A stretch of DNA of 64,000 nt from Myxococcota bacterium (GTDB taxonomy: Bacteria > Myxococcota_A > Polyangia > Nannocystales > Nannocystaceae): contig JBCCHT010000052.1 in assembly GCA_039028615.1 (NCBI GenBank), forward strand, positions 28,821-92,820, written 5' to 3'. The translations under genes and the position numbers were made by a program. Position 1 is the first letter of the stretch, and each line of letters begins with the position of its first letter. A model generated the notes under the pieces. It was given only the letters and a program-made list of their open reading frames with translations. It ran no database searches and had not been told where the DNA came from. Shown here piece after piece: positions 1-8,158 of the stretch.

Positions 1-1
1 G

Positions 2-2278
2 GCCGCTGCGCGGGTGGTGCATCCCAACGTGGTCGCGATCCACGAGGTGGGGCAGATCGATCACGAGGGCTTCGTGGCGATGGAGCTCGTGCCCGGCCAT
101 ACCCTCCGCGCCTGGCTCACCGAGGCACCGCGACCCACCGACGAGGTCATCGAGGTCATGCTCGCGGCGGGGCGGGGCCTGGCCGCCGCCCACGAAGCCG
201 GGCTCGTGCATCGCGACTTCAAGCCCGACAACGTGCTCATCCGCGAGGACGGGCAGGTCAAGGTCGTCGACTTCGGCCTCGCTCGCATGCACACGGAAAT
301 CGTCGAATCGAGCACCGAGCCGGGCACCTCGAGCGCGCCCGATCCGTCGGCCTCGGTGACGTGCACGTGGGCGGGGACGCCCGCCTATATGGCACCCGAG
401 CAGCACGACGGCGCCAAGGCGTCGCCGCGCAGCGACCAATTCGCATTCTGCATCTCGCTGTTCGAGGCGCTGTACGGGGAGCGCCCCTTCGCCGGTCGTA
501 GCCGCGCCGCGCTGGCGCTGGCCGTCCGCGAGGGCGAGGTCGAGTTTCCCCGTCGCAAGGGCGTGTCGCGGGCCATCGCCGCCGTGCTCCGTCGGGGCCT
601 TCAGACCGAGCCGGAGCACCGATGGCCCGACATGGCGAGCGTGCTCGATGCCTTGCGTCGCGCTCGTCGTCGGCCTCGGCTCATCCGCCTGACCGCCCTG
701 CTGGCCACGACCACCGTCGCCGCCGTCACCCTCGGCTGGATGGCCCGACCCACGCCGGAGCCCACCCCGGCCGCCGCGGTAGATCCCGGGCCGAGCTGCG
801 ACGATGGCCTCGCTCGGCTGCGTGGGGTCTGGGACGAGCAGCGCCGTGAAGCCGTGGTGAAGACCGTCGGTGCACCCGGTCCCGATGCCACCGCCATCGC
901 CACCACCGCGGCCGAGCGCCTCGATGCCTACGGCGAGCAATGGGCGGCCGCGCACGACCTGCACTGCGTCGCGACCCGGGATGGCGAGGTTCGTCCCGGG
1001 CTCGAGGCCCAGACGAACCGCTGCCTCGAGCGGCGCCGCGACGCCCTCGGGGCGCTGGTCGACGTGCTGGCGGGCGACAGTCCGGTCAAGCTCCACAAGG
1101 TCGTCACCGCTGTCGACAACCTCCCGAGCATCGACGACTGCCAGGACGAGCGACTGCTGGGGATCCTGCCCGACCCGCCCTCCGACCCCGAGGTCGCCCG
1201 ACGGGTTCGCGAGCTGACGCCGCGGGTCGCCAAGGTCTACGCCCTCAACGCGGCCAGCCTCTTCGAAGACGCCGTGAAGGAGGCCGAGATCACCGTGGTG
1301 GCGGCACGAGAAATCGGTCATCTACCGCTGCTCGCCGATGCCCTCCAGCGACTCGGCCAGGCCCAGAGCGCCCTGTTTCGCGATGAAGCCCGCGCCACGC
1401 TGGAAGAGGCGGTTCTCACCGCCGAGAAGGCGGGCTACGACCTCCGCAAGATCGACGTCTTGATCGCGCTGGCCAACAACGCGGCGCACATCATCCGCAA
1501 GTACGACGCGGCTCGCGACTACCTGCGCCGCGCCCGGGCCTCGCTCGATCGCATCGGAGGCGAACCCGGCCGGGAGATCAGGATGCTGTCGACCCAGGCC
1601 GGCGTGCACTGGATGTCGGCCGAGTACGACGAGGCGCTCGCCGCCGCGAAGCAGGCCATCGAGCTATGCGAAGCCACGGGCCGCGAAGAGCGGACGTATA
1701 TCGTCTCCCCGCTGAGCACCGCGGCCATGCTGCACACGATGAAGGGCGAGCCGGATCTCGCGATGCCGTACTACCAGCGCGCCCTGAAGATCCTCGCCAA
1801 GACGGTGGGCCCCACCCACGCCAGCACCATGGGGCTGCGCAACAACATCGCGCTCAACTATGGCGAGGCCGGCGACTACGACGCGGAGATTCGCGAGTTC
1901 CGCGAGCTGATGAAGCTCCACGAGCAGCGCGGGGAGAAGGGGCGCATCGACTCCGTTCGCACGCTCCGCAACCTGTGCCGCAGCCAGCTCGTCGCCGAGT
2001 ACATCGACGACGCGTCCTCGTGCATCGAAGACGCCGTGGCCCTGGCGCGCGACGTCGGCTACGAGCCCGACCTGGTCCTCGCGCTGGTCATCCAGACCGA
2101 GATTCACGCCAAGGCGGGGCGCACCGAACAAATGTGGAACAGCGCCTGCACGGTCCATCCCAAGGTCATGAAGAGCGACGAGGTCGACCGCAAAGACCTG
2201 CTGCCTCGGCTCGCCCGCAAGCTCGGGGTGACCGAGGCCCAGTACGCCGCCCGCTGCCGGGGCTACGTCGGGCCCTGA
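2..2278 (+). CDS. Ser/Thr protein kinase with TM helix and extracytoplasmic TPR region (5' end lies before the window)
   Basis: HPNVV, HRDFKPDN, DFGLAR and GTPAYMAPEQ kinase motifs; hydrophobic helix LIRLTALLATTTVAAVTLGW; TPR-like repeats; frame is open back to the window edge and lacks subdomains I-III. Confidence 0.93.
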   Translation, partial: AAARVVHPNVVAIHEVGQIDHEGFVAMELVPGHTLRAWLTEAPRPTDEVIEVMLAAGRGLAAAHEAGLVHRDFKPDNVLIREDGQVKVVDFGLARMHTEIVESSTEPGTSSAPDPSASVTCTWAGTPAYMAPEQHDGAKASPRSDQFAFCISLFEALYGERPFAGRSRAALALAVREGEVEFPRRKGVSRAIAAVLRRGLQTEPEHRWPDMASVLDALRRARRRPRLIRLTALLATTTVAAVTLGWMARPTPEPTPAAAVDPGPSCDDGLARLRGVWDEQRREAVVKTVGAPGPDATAIATTAAERLDAYGEQWAAAHDLHCVATRDGEVRPGLEAQTNRCLERRRDALGALVDVLAGDSPVKLHKVVTAVDNLPSIDDCQDERLLGILPDPPSDPEVARRVRELTPRVAKVYALNAASLFEDAVKEAEITVVAAREIGHLPLLADALQRLGQAQSALFRDEARATLEEAVLTAEKAGYDLRKIDVLIALANNAAHIIRKYDAARDYLRRARASLDRIGGEPGREIRMLSTQAGVHWMSAEYDEALAAAKQAIELCEATGREERTYIVSPLSTAAMLHTMKGEPDLAMPYYQRALKILAKTVGPTHASTMGLRNNIALNYGEAGDYDAEIREFRELMKLHEQRGEKGRIDSVRTLRNLCRSQLVAEYIDDASSCIEDAVALARDVGYEPDLVLALVIQTEIHAKAGRTEQMWNSACTVHPKVMKSDEVDRKDLLPRLARKLGVTEAQYAARCRGYVGP

Positions 2279-2289
2279 ACCAGCCGAGC

Positions 2290-3705
2290 CTACGCCGCCG
2301 GCATCGCGACCGAGGTCGACAGCTTCCGCCTCCGGTACCGCACGCGGCACGGCGAGCGCGGCCCCACCAGCATCCGCTCGTAGCTGGGCTCGTACTTGGA
2401 CTCGAGCAGCTCGAAGTCGAAGTTCCGCAACAGGTGACTCCAGATCGCGCGCAGCTGGAGCTGAGCGAACACGATGCCCATGCAGCGATGTCGGCCGCCG
2501 CCGAACGAGATCCACGACATCGGGTGCTTGCGGTCCTCTTCCCGCTCCGGCCCGAAGCGATCCGGCTCGAAGCGGTTGGGGTTCTTGAACACCTCGGGAA
2601 TGCGATGGGCGATGGCGGGCGAGGCCATGACCATCGAGCCCTCGGGCACGTGGTAGCCGCCGTAGTCGAAGCCCTCGAGCATGCGCCGCATGACCATGAT
2701 GATCGGCGGATACAGGCGCAGCGTCTCCTTGACGACCCAGTCGAGCTCGGTCATCGCCCGCAGGTCCTCCAGCTCGAGGTTGGTGCGATCGCCGAGCACC
2801 CGGGTCTGCTCCGCGCGTAGGCGCTCGATCCACTGCGGGTTCTGGTTGAGCAAGATCCCCGTCCACGCCAGGGTGATTCCGCTGGTGTGGTGCCCCGCGA
2901 ACATGATGGCCAGCAAAAGACCGGTCATCTCGTCCTCGGTGGGCGCACGGCCGTCCTTGTAGCGGGCTTCCATCAGGGTCTGAAGGAAGTCTTCCGACTC
3001 GATGCCCTTGGCCCGGCGTTGCGCCACGATGCCCGAGATCAGCTCTCCCAGGCGCTTGCGGGCCTGATCCCGCTTGCGGAACTGGGGAATGGGCAGCTGC
3101 GGCGCAAAGAAGGCGAGCAGGTTCAGGCCGCCCTCCATGTCGTAGTAGAGCTTGGCGAACTCGTCCGAGAGCTGGTCGCGGAAGCTCTTGCCGAGCAGCG
3201 AGCGGCTCGAGGTGAAGATCGTCAGCTGGTTGCCCGTCTCGTACAGCTCGACGACGCCTTCGTCGCCCCACTTGCCGAAGTAGTCCTCGGCCTCCTCGAC
3301 GAAGCCCTGGGCGTAGGTCCGCAGCCGGCTCTCCCGCAGCGCCTCGTGGAAGAAGCCCAGCTGCTCCTTCATGACGTCGGGCTCGGCGTCGTAGGCGATG
3401 CCCTTGCCGAAGATCGGCGTCATGAGCTTGTAGACCTCGCGCACGCTCATCTGGCTGTCGCGCAGGCGGAAGAACTTCTGCTGCGCCTTGGGCCCGGTCA
3501 TGACCACCGTCGAGGGGCTCCCGGGCAGCCGCAGCGTGAACAGATCACCGTGGCGATCGCGGCCGCGCTGCAGCAGCTCCACCGGGTTCTGCTTCAGCTG
3601 CAGGGCGTGGCCGACCAGGGGCAGGCCTCCGTCCAGAAGTGGCGGCGTGGGCAAGGCGGAGCCACGAGTATCGGTCGAAGCACTCACGGTCGAAGTGGAA
3701 GCCAT
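2290..3705 (-). CDS. cyp51: Cytochrome P450, sterol 14-alpha-demethylase (CYP51 family)
   Basis: Heme motif FGGGRHRCMG, ETLR, I-helix FAGHHTS and substrate-recognition segment YKLMTPIFGKGIAYD characteristic of CYP51. Confidence 0.88.
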   Translation of the reverse strand: MASTSTVSASTDTRGSALPTPPLLDGGLPLVGHALQLKQNPVELLQRGRDRHGDLFTLRLPGSPSTVVMTGPKAQQKFFRLRDSQMSVREVYKLMTPIFGKGIAYDAEPDVMKEQLGFFHEALRESRLRTYAQGFVEEAEDYFGKWGDEGVVELYETGNQLTIFTSSRSLLGKSFRDQLSDEFAKLYYDMEGGLNLLAFFAPQLPIPQFRKRDQARKRLGELISGIVAQRRAKGIESEDFLQTLMEARYKDGRAPTEDEMTGLLLAIMFAGHHTSGITLAWTGILLNQNPQWIERLRAEQTRVLGDRTNLELEDLRAMTELDWVVKETLRLYPPIIMVMRRMLEGFDYGGYHVPEGSMVMASPAIAHRIPEVFKNPNRFEPDRFGPEREEDRKHPMSWISFGGGRHRCMGIVFAQLQLRAIWSHLLRNFDFELLESKYEPSYERMLVGPRSPCRVRYRRRKLSTSVAMPAA

Positions 3706-3755
3706 GGCGCCGCCACGCTACCGCCTGGGGCATCGCGCGCCCACGCGCGCCGGGA

Positions 3756-3781
3756 GCGAGCGTGCTCTAGAGCACTCTCGC
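3756..3781. promoter_or_regulatory. Palindromic candidate operator in the divergent cyp51 / sterol reductase promoter
   Basis: GCGAGcGTGCTCTAGAGCACtCTCGC, 26 bp with one mismatched pair and a perfect 14-bp core; half-site CTAGAGCAC recurs at 3820-3828. Confidence 0.45.
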
Positions 3782-3863
3782 GTGAGCGTTTGCAACGCCC
3801 GGTATGAAAAGGGTCCGCCCTAGAGCACCGCGCCTACGCCTCAAACGCGCTACTTCCTCGACC

Positions 3864-4967
3864 ATGGAGCTTGCGCCGGTCACCCTGCCCCATTTGCTCG
3901 TAGCGGGTGCAGTTTACCTCGCGTTCTTCTTCGGCCTGCTGGCGGCGGCAATGATCCTGCCCGGCCCCACCGTGCGGGGCTTCCCCGCGCCCGACGGCAG
4001 TCGCAAGGACTACAAGGTCAACGGCATGGCGCTGTGGGTCGCGACGCACATCGCCGTGGTGAGCGGCGCGGTGTTCCTCGACCTGCGGCTGTCCCACCTC
4101 ATCGAACACTTTTGGTCCTACTTCATCGTGGTGAACGTGTTCTCCGTGGCGTGGATGGCCATCCTCTACGTGGGCGGACGCCGTCGCCAGGATCCGGCCG
4201 AGCATCGCCCCGGCCTGGTCGCGCTGGTTCAGGACCTGTGGATGGGCGTGGAGCTCAACCCCACCTGGCGCGGCGTCGACCTCAAGACCTTCGCCTACCA
4301 GCCCTCGCTCATCGGCTTGTCGCTGCTCAACGTCGCGTTCGGGTGGGCCCAGTGGGAGATGCTCGGCACCCTCACCCCGCAGATGATCGCGTACCAGGTC
4401 TTCTGGTGGCTCTACATGGCCACGCACTTCCACTACGAGCGCGGCGTGCTGTCGATGTGGGACGTCATCGCGGAGAAGTTCGGCTTCATGCTGCTGTGGG
4501 GCGACCTGGTGCTCGTCCCCTTCTTCTACTGCATCGCCGGGTGGTGGCTGCTCGACGCGCCCGCCTCCGCGATGTCGTGGCCGGTGTTGGCCGCGTTGGT
4601 CGTGCTGCACCTGCTCGGCCTGTGGATCTTCCGCGGGGCCAACGCCCAAAAGGACCGCTTCAAGCGCGACCGCAGCACGCTCATCTGGGGTCGCCCCGCC
4701 GAGATCATGGGCGACCGCCTGCTGGTGTCGGGGTGGTGGGGCTTCGGCCGCAAGATCAACTACACGGGCGAGATCATGGTCTACTTCTCGTTCGCCCTGT
4801 GCAGCGGCTTCCAGTCGGTGCTGCCGTATCTGCTGCCGCTGTGGCTGTGCGTGCTGCTTCCGCACCGCGCGTGGCGGGACGAGAAGCGCTGCCACGCCAA
4901 GTACGGGGAGCTGTGGGAGCGCTACTGCCGTAGGGCCCGGTTCCGCATGATCCCGTTCATCTACTGA
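3864..4967 (+). CDS. Sterol reductase, ERG4/ERG24 family (probably delta-14 reductase)
   Basis: Multi-TM protein with GVELNP, FGFMLLWGDL, RGANAQK, LLVSGWWG and C-terminal signature LLPHRAWRDEKRCHAKYG; start moved to ATG 3864. Confidence 0.88.
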   Translation: MELAPVTLPHLLVAGAVYLAFFFGLLAAAMILPGPTVRGFPAPDGSRKDYKVNGMALWVATHIAVVSGAVFLDLRLSHLIEHFWSYFIVVNVFSVAWMAILYVGGRRRQDPAEHRPGLVALVQDLWMGVELNPTWRGVDLKTFAYQPSLIGLSLLNVAFGWAQWEMLGTLTPQMIAYQVFWWLYMATHFHYERGVLSMWDVIAEKFGFMLLWGDLVLVPFFYCIAGWWLLDAPASAMSWPVLAALVVLHLLGLWIFRGANAQKDRFKRDRSTLIWGRPAEIMGDRLLVSGWWGFGRKINYTGEIMVYFSFALCSGFQSVLPYLLPLWLCVLLPHRAWRDEKRCHAKYGELWERYCRRARFRMIPFIY

Positions 4968-5011
4968 GCCCCGCCCCGCCCGCCGACCGACCCCGTAGTA
5001 CCGTGGTCGGT

Positions 5012-5929
5012 ATGGACGTGCTGCGGACCCCCGACGAGCGTTTCGAGAACCTCCCCGGCTACGACTTCGAGCCGCACTACGCGGAGGTCGATGGCCTGCG
5101 GATCCACTACGTCGACGAAGGCCCCCGCGACGCGCCGCCCGTGCTGCTGATGCATGGCGAGCCCTCGTGGAGCTACCTGTACCGCACCATGATCCCGCCG
5201 CTGGTCGAGGCGGGACGCCGGGTGCTCGCGCCCGACCTCGTCGGCTTCGGGCGCAGCGACAAGCCCAGCCGCCGCGAGGACTACACCTACGCCCGGCACC
5301 TGGCATGGATCACCGCGTGGTTCAACGCGGTGGACCTGCGCGACGTCACCCTCTTTTGCCAGGACTGGGGCGGCCTGCTCGGCCTGCGCATGGTGGCCGA
5401 CATGCCCGATCGATTCGCGCGGGTCGTCGCCGCCAACACCGGTCTTCCCACCGGGCGCGGTCGAGTCGCCAAGGCCTTCGAAGCGTGGCAGACCTTCTCG
5501 CAGACGGTGGAGGTCCTGGAGGTCGGTCGCCTGATCCAGAGCGCCACCACCAGCACGCTGACGCCCAAGATCGTCGCGGCCTACGACGCCCCCTTCCCCG
5601 ACGAGACCTACAAGGAGGGCGCGCGACAGTTTCCCGTCCTGGTCCCCACCTCGCCCGACCAACCCGGCGCCGCAGAAAACCTCGAGGCGTGGAAGGTCCT
5701 CGCCACGTTCGAAAAGCCGTTCCTGTGTGCGTTCTCGGATCAGGATCCGATCACCCGAGGCGGCGACGAGTACTTCAAAGCGAAGATTCCCGGCGCGAAA
5801 GGGCAAGACCACGTGACGATCCAAAACGGCGGTCACTTCCTCCAAGAGGATCAGGGACCGCGCCTGGCGGAGGTCGTCAACGCGTTCATCGACGCCACTT
5901 GCCCGACCACCGAGGTCGAGCCCACCTGA
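5012..5929 (+). CDS. Haloalkane dehalogenase (alpha/beta hydrolase)
   Basis: LRTPDERF N-terminus, HGEPSWS, nucleophile elbow QDWGG, HFLQED. Confidence 0.9.
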   Translation: MDVLRTPDERFENLPGYDFEPHYAEVDGLRIHYVDEGPRDAPPVLLMHGEPSWSYLYRTMIPPLVEAGRRVLAPDLVGFGRSDKPSRREDYTYARHLAWITAWFNAVDLRDVTLFCQDWGGLLGLRMVADMPDRFARVVAANTGLPTGRGRVAKAFEAWQTFSQTVEVLEVGRLIQSATTSTLTPKIVAAYDAPFPDETYKEGARQFPVLVPTSPDQPGAAENLEAWKVLATFEKPFLCAFSDQDPITRGGDEYFKAKIPGAKGQDHVTIQNGGHFLQEDQGPRLAEVVNAFIDATCPTTEVEPT

Positions 5930-5982
5930 TGCCACATCGCGACGCGTGTGCCATTCGCGTCGAGCTGCTATCATGATGACTG

Positions 5983-6741
5983 GTGTCAGCACCGCCGCAG
6001 CGTCGAGTCATCGTGGCCAGCCCTCCGGAGCTGGTCGTGTACGACGCGGAGAGCCCCTGCCCCTACCTGCCCGAGCAAGTCTCGCGCTTGCCCTTGCGCC
6101 TGCCCATTCGTCGGCTGCAACGCACGGAGTTCGGGCAGCGGCTGTCGGCGGGCGATCGTCGCCAGGGCCTCATGCTCTATCGCACCGCGTGCCCGAGCTG
6201 CGCCGCGTGTGAGCCCATCCGCATCGAGGTCGATCGTTTCGCCCCCGGCCGGACCCAGCGCCGGGTCAAGCGCAACGGCGATCGCCGCATCGAGACCGAG
6301 GTCGGCCCCCTCGAGCCCACCCTCGAGAAGGTCGTGCTCTACAACAAGCACAAGCGCGGCCGCGGCCTGAGCTCCGGCGAGCGCGCCATCGACCTCGATG
6401 GCTACACCGCGTTCCTGGGCGAGAGCTGCTGCGACAGCTTCGAGCTGCGCTACCGGGTCGACGGCAAGCTCATGGGCGTCGCCGTCGTCGACCGAGCCGA
6501 TGATGCCCTGTCGGCCGTGTACTTCTACTTCGACCCGGCGCACGAAGACCTCAGTCCCGGGGTCTTCTCCGTGCTCACGCAGATCGAGCTGTGTCGCCGC
6601 TGGGGCCTGCGCCACCTGTACCTCGGGCTGTACATCGCCGATTGCCCCTCCATGGCCTACAAGCACCGCTACCTGCCGCACGAGCGCCTGCTCGATGGGC
6701 AGTGGGTGACCATCGACCGCCCCTCCTCTTCGCGGCCCTGA
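5983..6741 (+). CDS. Aminoacyl-tRNA--protein transferase, ATE/Bpt family
   Basis: CPYLP, YRxxCxxCxxCxPIR, LSAVYFYFDP, YLGLYI..C..MAYK motifs. Confidence 0.88.
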   Translation: MSAPPQRRVIVASPPELVVYDAESPCPYLPEQVSRLPLRLPIRRLQRTEFGQRLSAGDRRQGLMLYRTACPSCAACEPIRIEVDRFAPGRTQRRVKRNGDRRIETEVGPLEPTLEKVVLYNKHKRGRGLSSGERAIDLDGYTAFLGESCCDSFELRYRVDGKLMGVAVVDRADDALSAVYFYFDPAHEDLSPGVFSVLTQIELCRRWGLRHLYLGLYIADCPSMAYKHRYLPHERLLDGQWVTIDRPSSSRP

Positions 6742-6768
6742 CCGCTCACTCCCGGAGCCCCAACGCCC

Positions 6769-8076
6769 ATGGAAATCGCGATCGACAGCGAGATCGGACC
6801 TCTGCGCCGCGTGCTCGTCCACCGACCGTCGGACGAGATCGAGCGCATGACGCAGCACGATCTCGACCTGATGCTCTTCGACGACATCCTCGCCCCCGAC
6901 GAGACCGCCATCGAGCACGAGCTCATGGCCGACGTCCTGAGCGAGGCGGGGGCCGAGGTCATGCTGCTGGCCCCGCTGCTGCGCAACGCGATCGGCAACG
7001 CCCCCCAGGACGCCCGCGCGCATCTGGTCGAGCGCATCTGCGAGCACGCGGGGGCCCACGGCGTCGCGCCGCGGCTGCTCGACTGGGACCACGACAAGCT
7101 CGCCACCGGCCTCATCCGCGGCGTCTACTGGGAGGAGCTCGACGGCATCGCAGCCAGCCTCCCTCGCCTGCGAGCCGACGCCAAGAATCACCGCTTCGCG
7201 CTGCCCCCCGTGCCGAACCTGATGTTCATGCGGGATCCATGCATCTCCGTCTACGATCGGGTGGTCATGGGCCGCATGGCCACCGCGGCCCGCTCGCGCG
7301 AGCCCTCGCTGGTCGCGTTCGCGCTGCGCCACGCCCCCGAGGCGGGCGCTCGGCTGTCCTTCGACGACGACGACTCCCATCGGGGTGCGCCCTATCGTTC
7401 GCTCGAAGGCGGTGACCTGCTCGTCATCTCGCCGCACGTGGTGCTCATCGGCTGTTCGCTCCGCACCACCGCCCAGACGATCCAGCGGCTGGCCGAAGAA
7501 GCGCTCTTCCCTGCCCACCCCAAGCTGCAGCGCGTATACGCGGTCATGATGCCCGAGGCGCGCTCGGTGATGCACCTCGACACGCTGCTCACCCACGTCG
7601 ATCGCGGGCTCTTTCTCGGCCACCAGCCTCTGCTCGAGGGCACCGACCAGGGCCCCGGCCTCAGCATCGCTCGGCTGTCCCGCGACGCGCTGCCCACCAT
7701 GCTCGAGGGCGCCACCGTGCTCGACGTTCTTCGCGAAGAGCTCGGGCCCCAGACCCAGCTCATTCCCTGCGGCGGCCAAGACCGCCTGCACCAAGAGCGC
7801 GAGCAGTGGACCGACGGCGCCAACGCGGTCGCCATGAGCCCCGGGCACGTCATCCTCTACGCCCGCAATCGCCACACCATCCGTACCATGGCCGAGCACG
7901 GCTTCACCGAGGTCCGCCTCAGCGTGGTGCACTCGGTCGAGGAACGTCGCCAGCGCATCGCCGAGGGCATGAAGCACGAGCGAGCCATCTTCAGCTTCTC
8001 CGGTAGCGAGCTGAGCCGGGCCCGCGGCGGCGGCCGCTGCCTCACGATGCCGCTGCAACGCGAACCGCTGACCTGA
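6769..8076 (+). CDS. arcA: Arginine deiminase family (amidinotransferase fold)
   Basis: SEIGPLRRVLVHRP, PNLMFMRD, EGGD, MHLDT, EQWTDGAN, ELSRARGGGRCLTMPL (catalytic Cys). Confidence 0.85.
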   Translation: MEIAIDSEIGPLRRVLVHRPSDEIERMTQHDLDLMLFDDILAPDETAIEHELMADVLSEAGAEVMLLAPLLRNAIGNAPQDARAHLVERICEHAGAHGVAPRLLDWDHDKLATGLIRGVYWEELDGIAASLPRLRADAKNHRFALPPVPNLMFMRDPCISVYDRVVMGRMATAARSREPSLVAFALRHAPEAGARLSFDDDDSHRGAPYRSLEGGDLLVISPHVVLIGCSLRTTAQTIQRLAEEALFPAHPKLQRVYAVMMPEARSVMHLDTLLTHVDRGLFLGHQPLLEGTDQGPGLSIARLSRDALPTMLEGATVLDVLREELGPQTQLIPCGGQDRLHQEREQWTDGANAVAMSPGHVILYARNRHTIRTMAEHGFTEVRLSVVHSVEERRQRIAEGMKHERAIFSFSGSELSRARGGGRCLTMPLQREPLT

Positions 8077-8158
8077 GCGGCCCAGCGAGACCGCGCATCA
8101 GCGGCTCGGAGCCACCGGAACTCACCGAACGATGAGCCCGGTGGCCTGCCCGGTGGGC

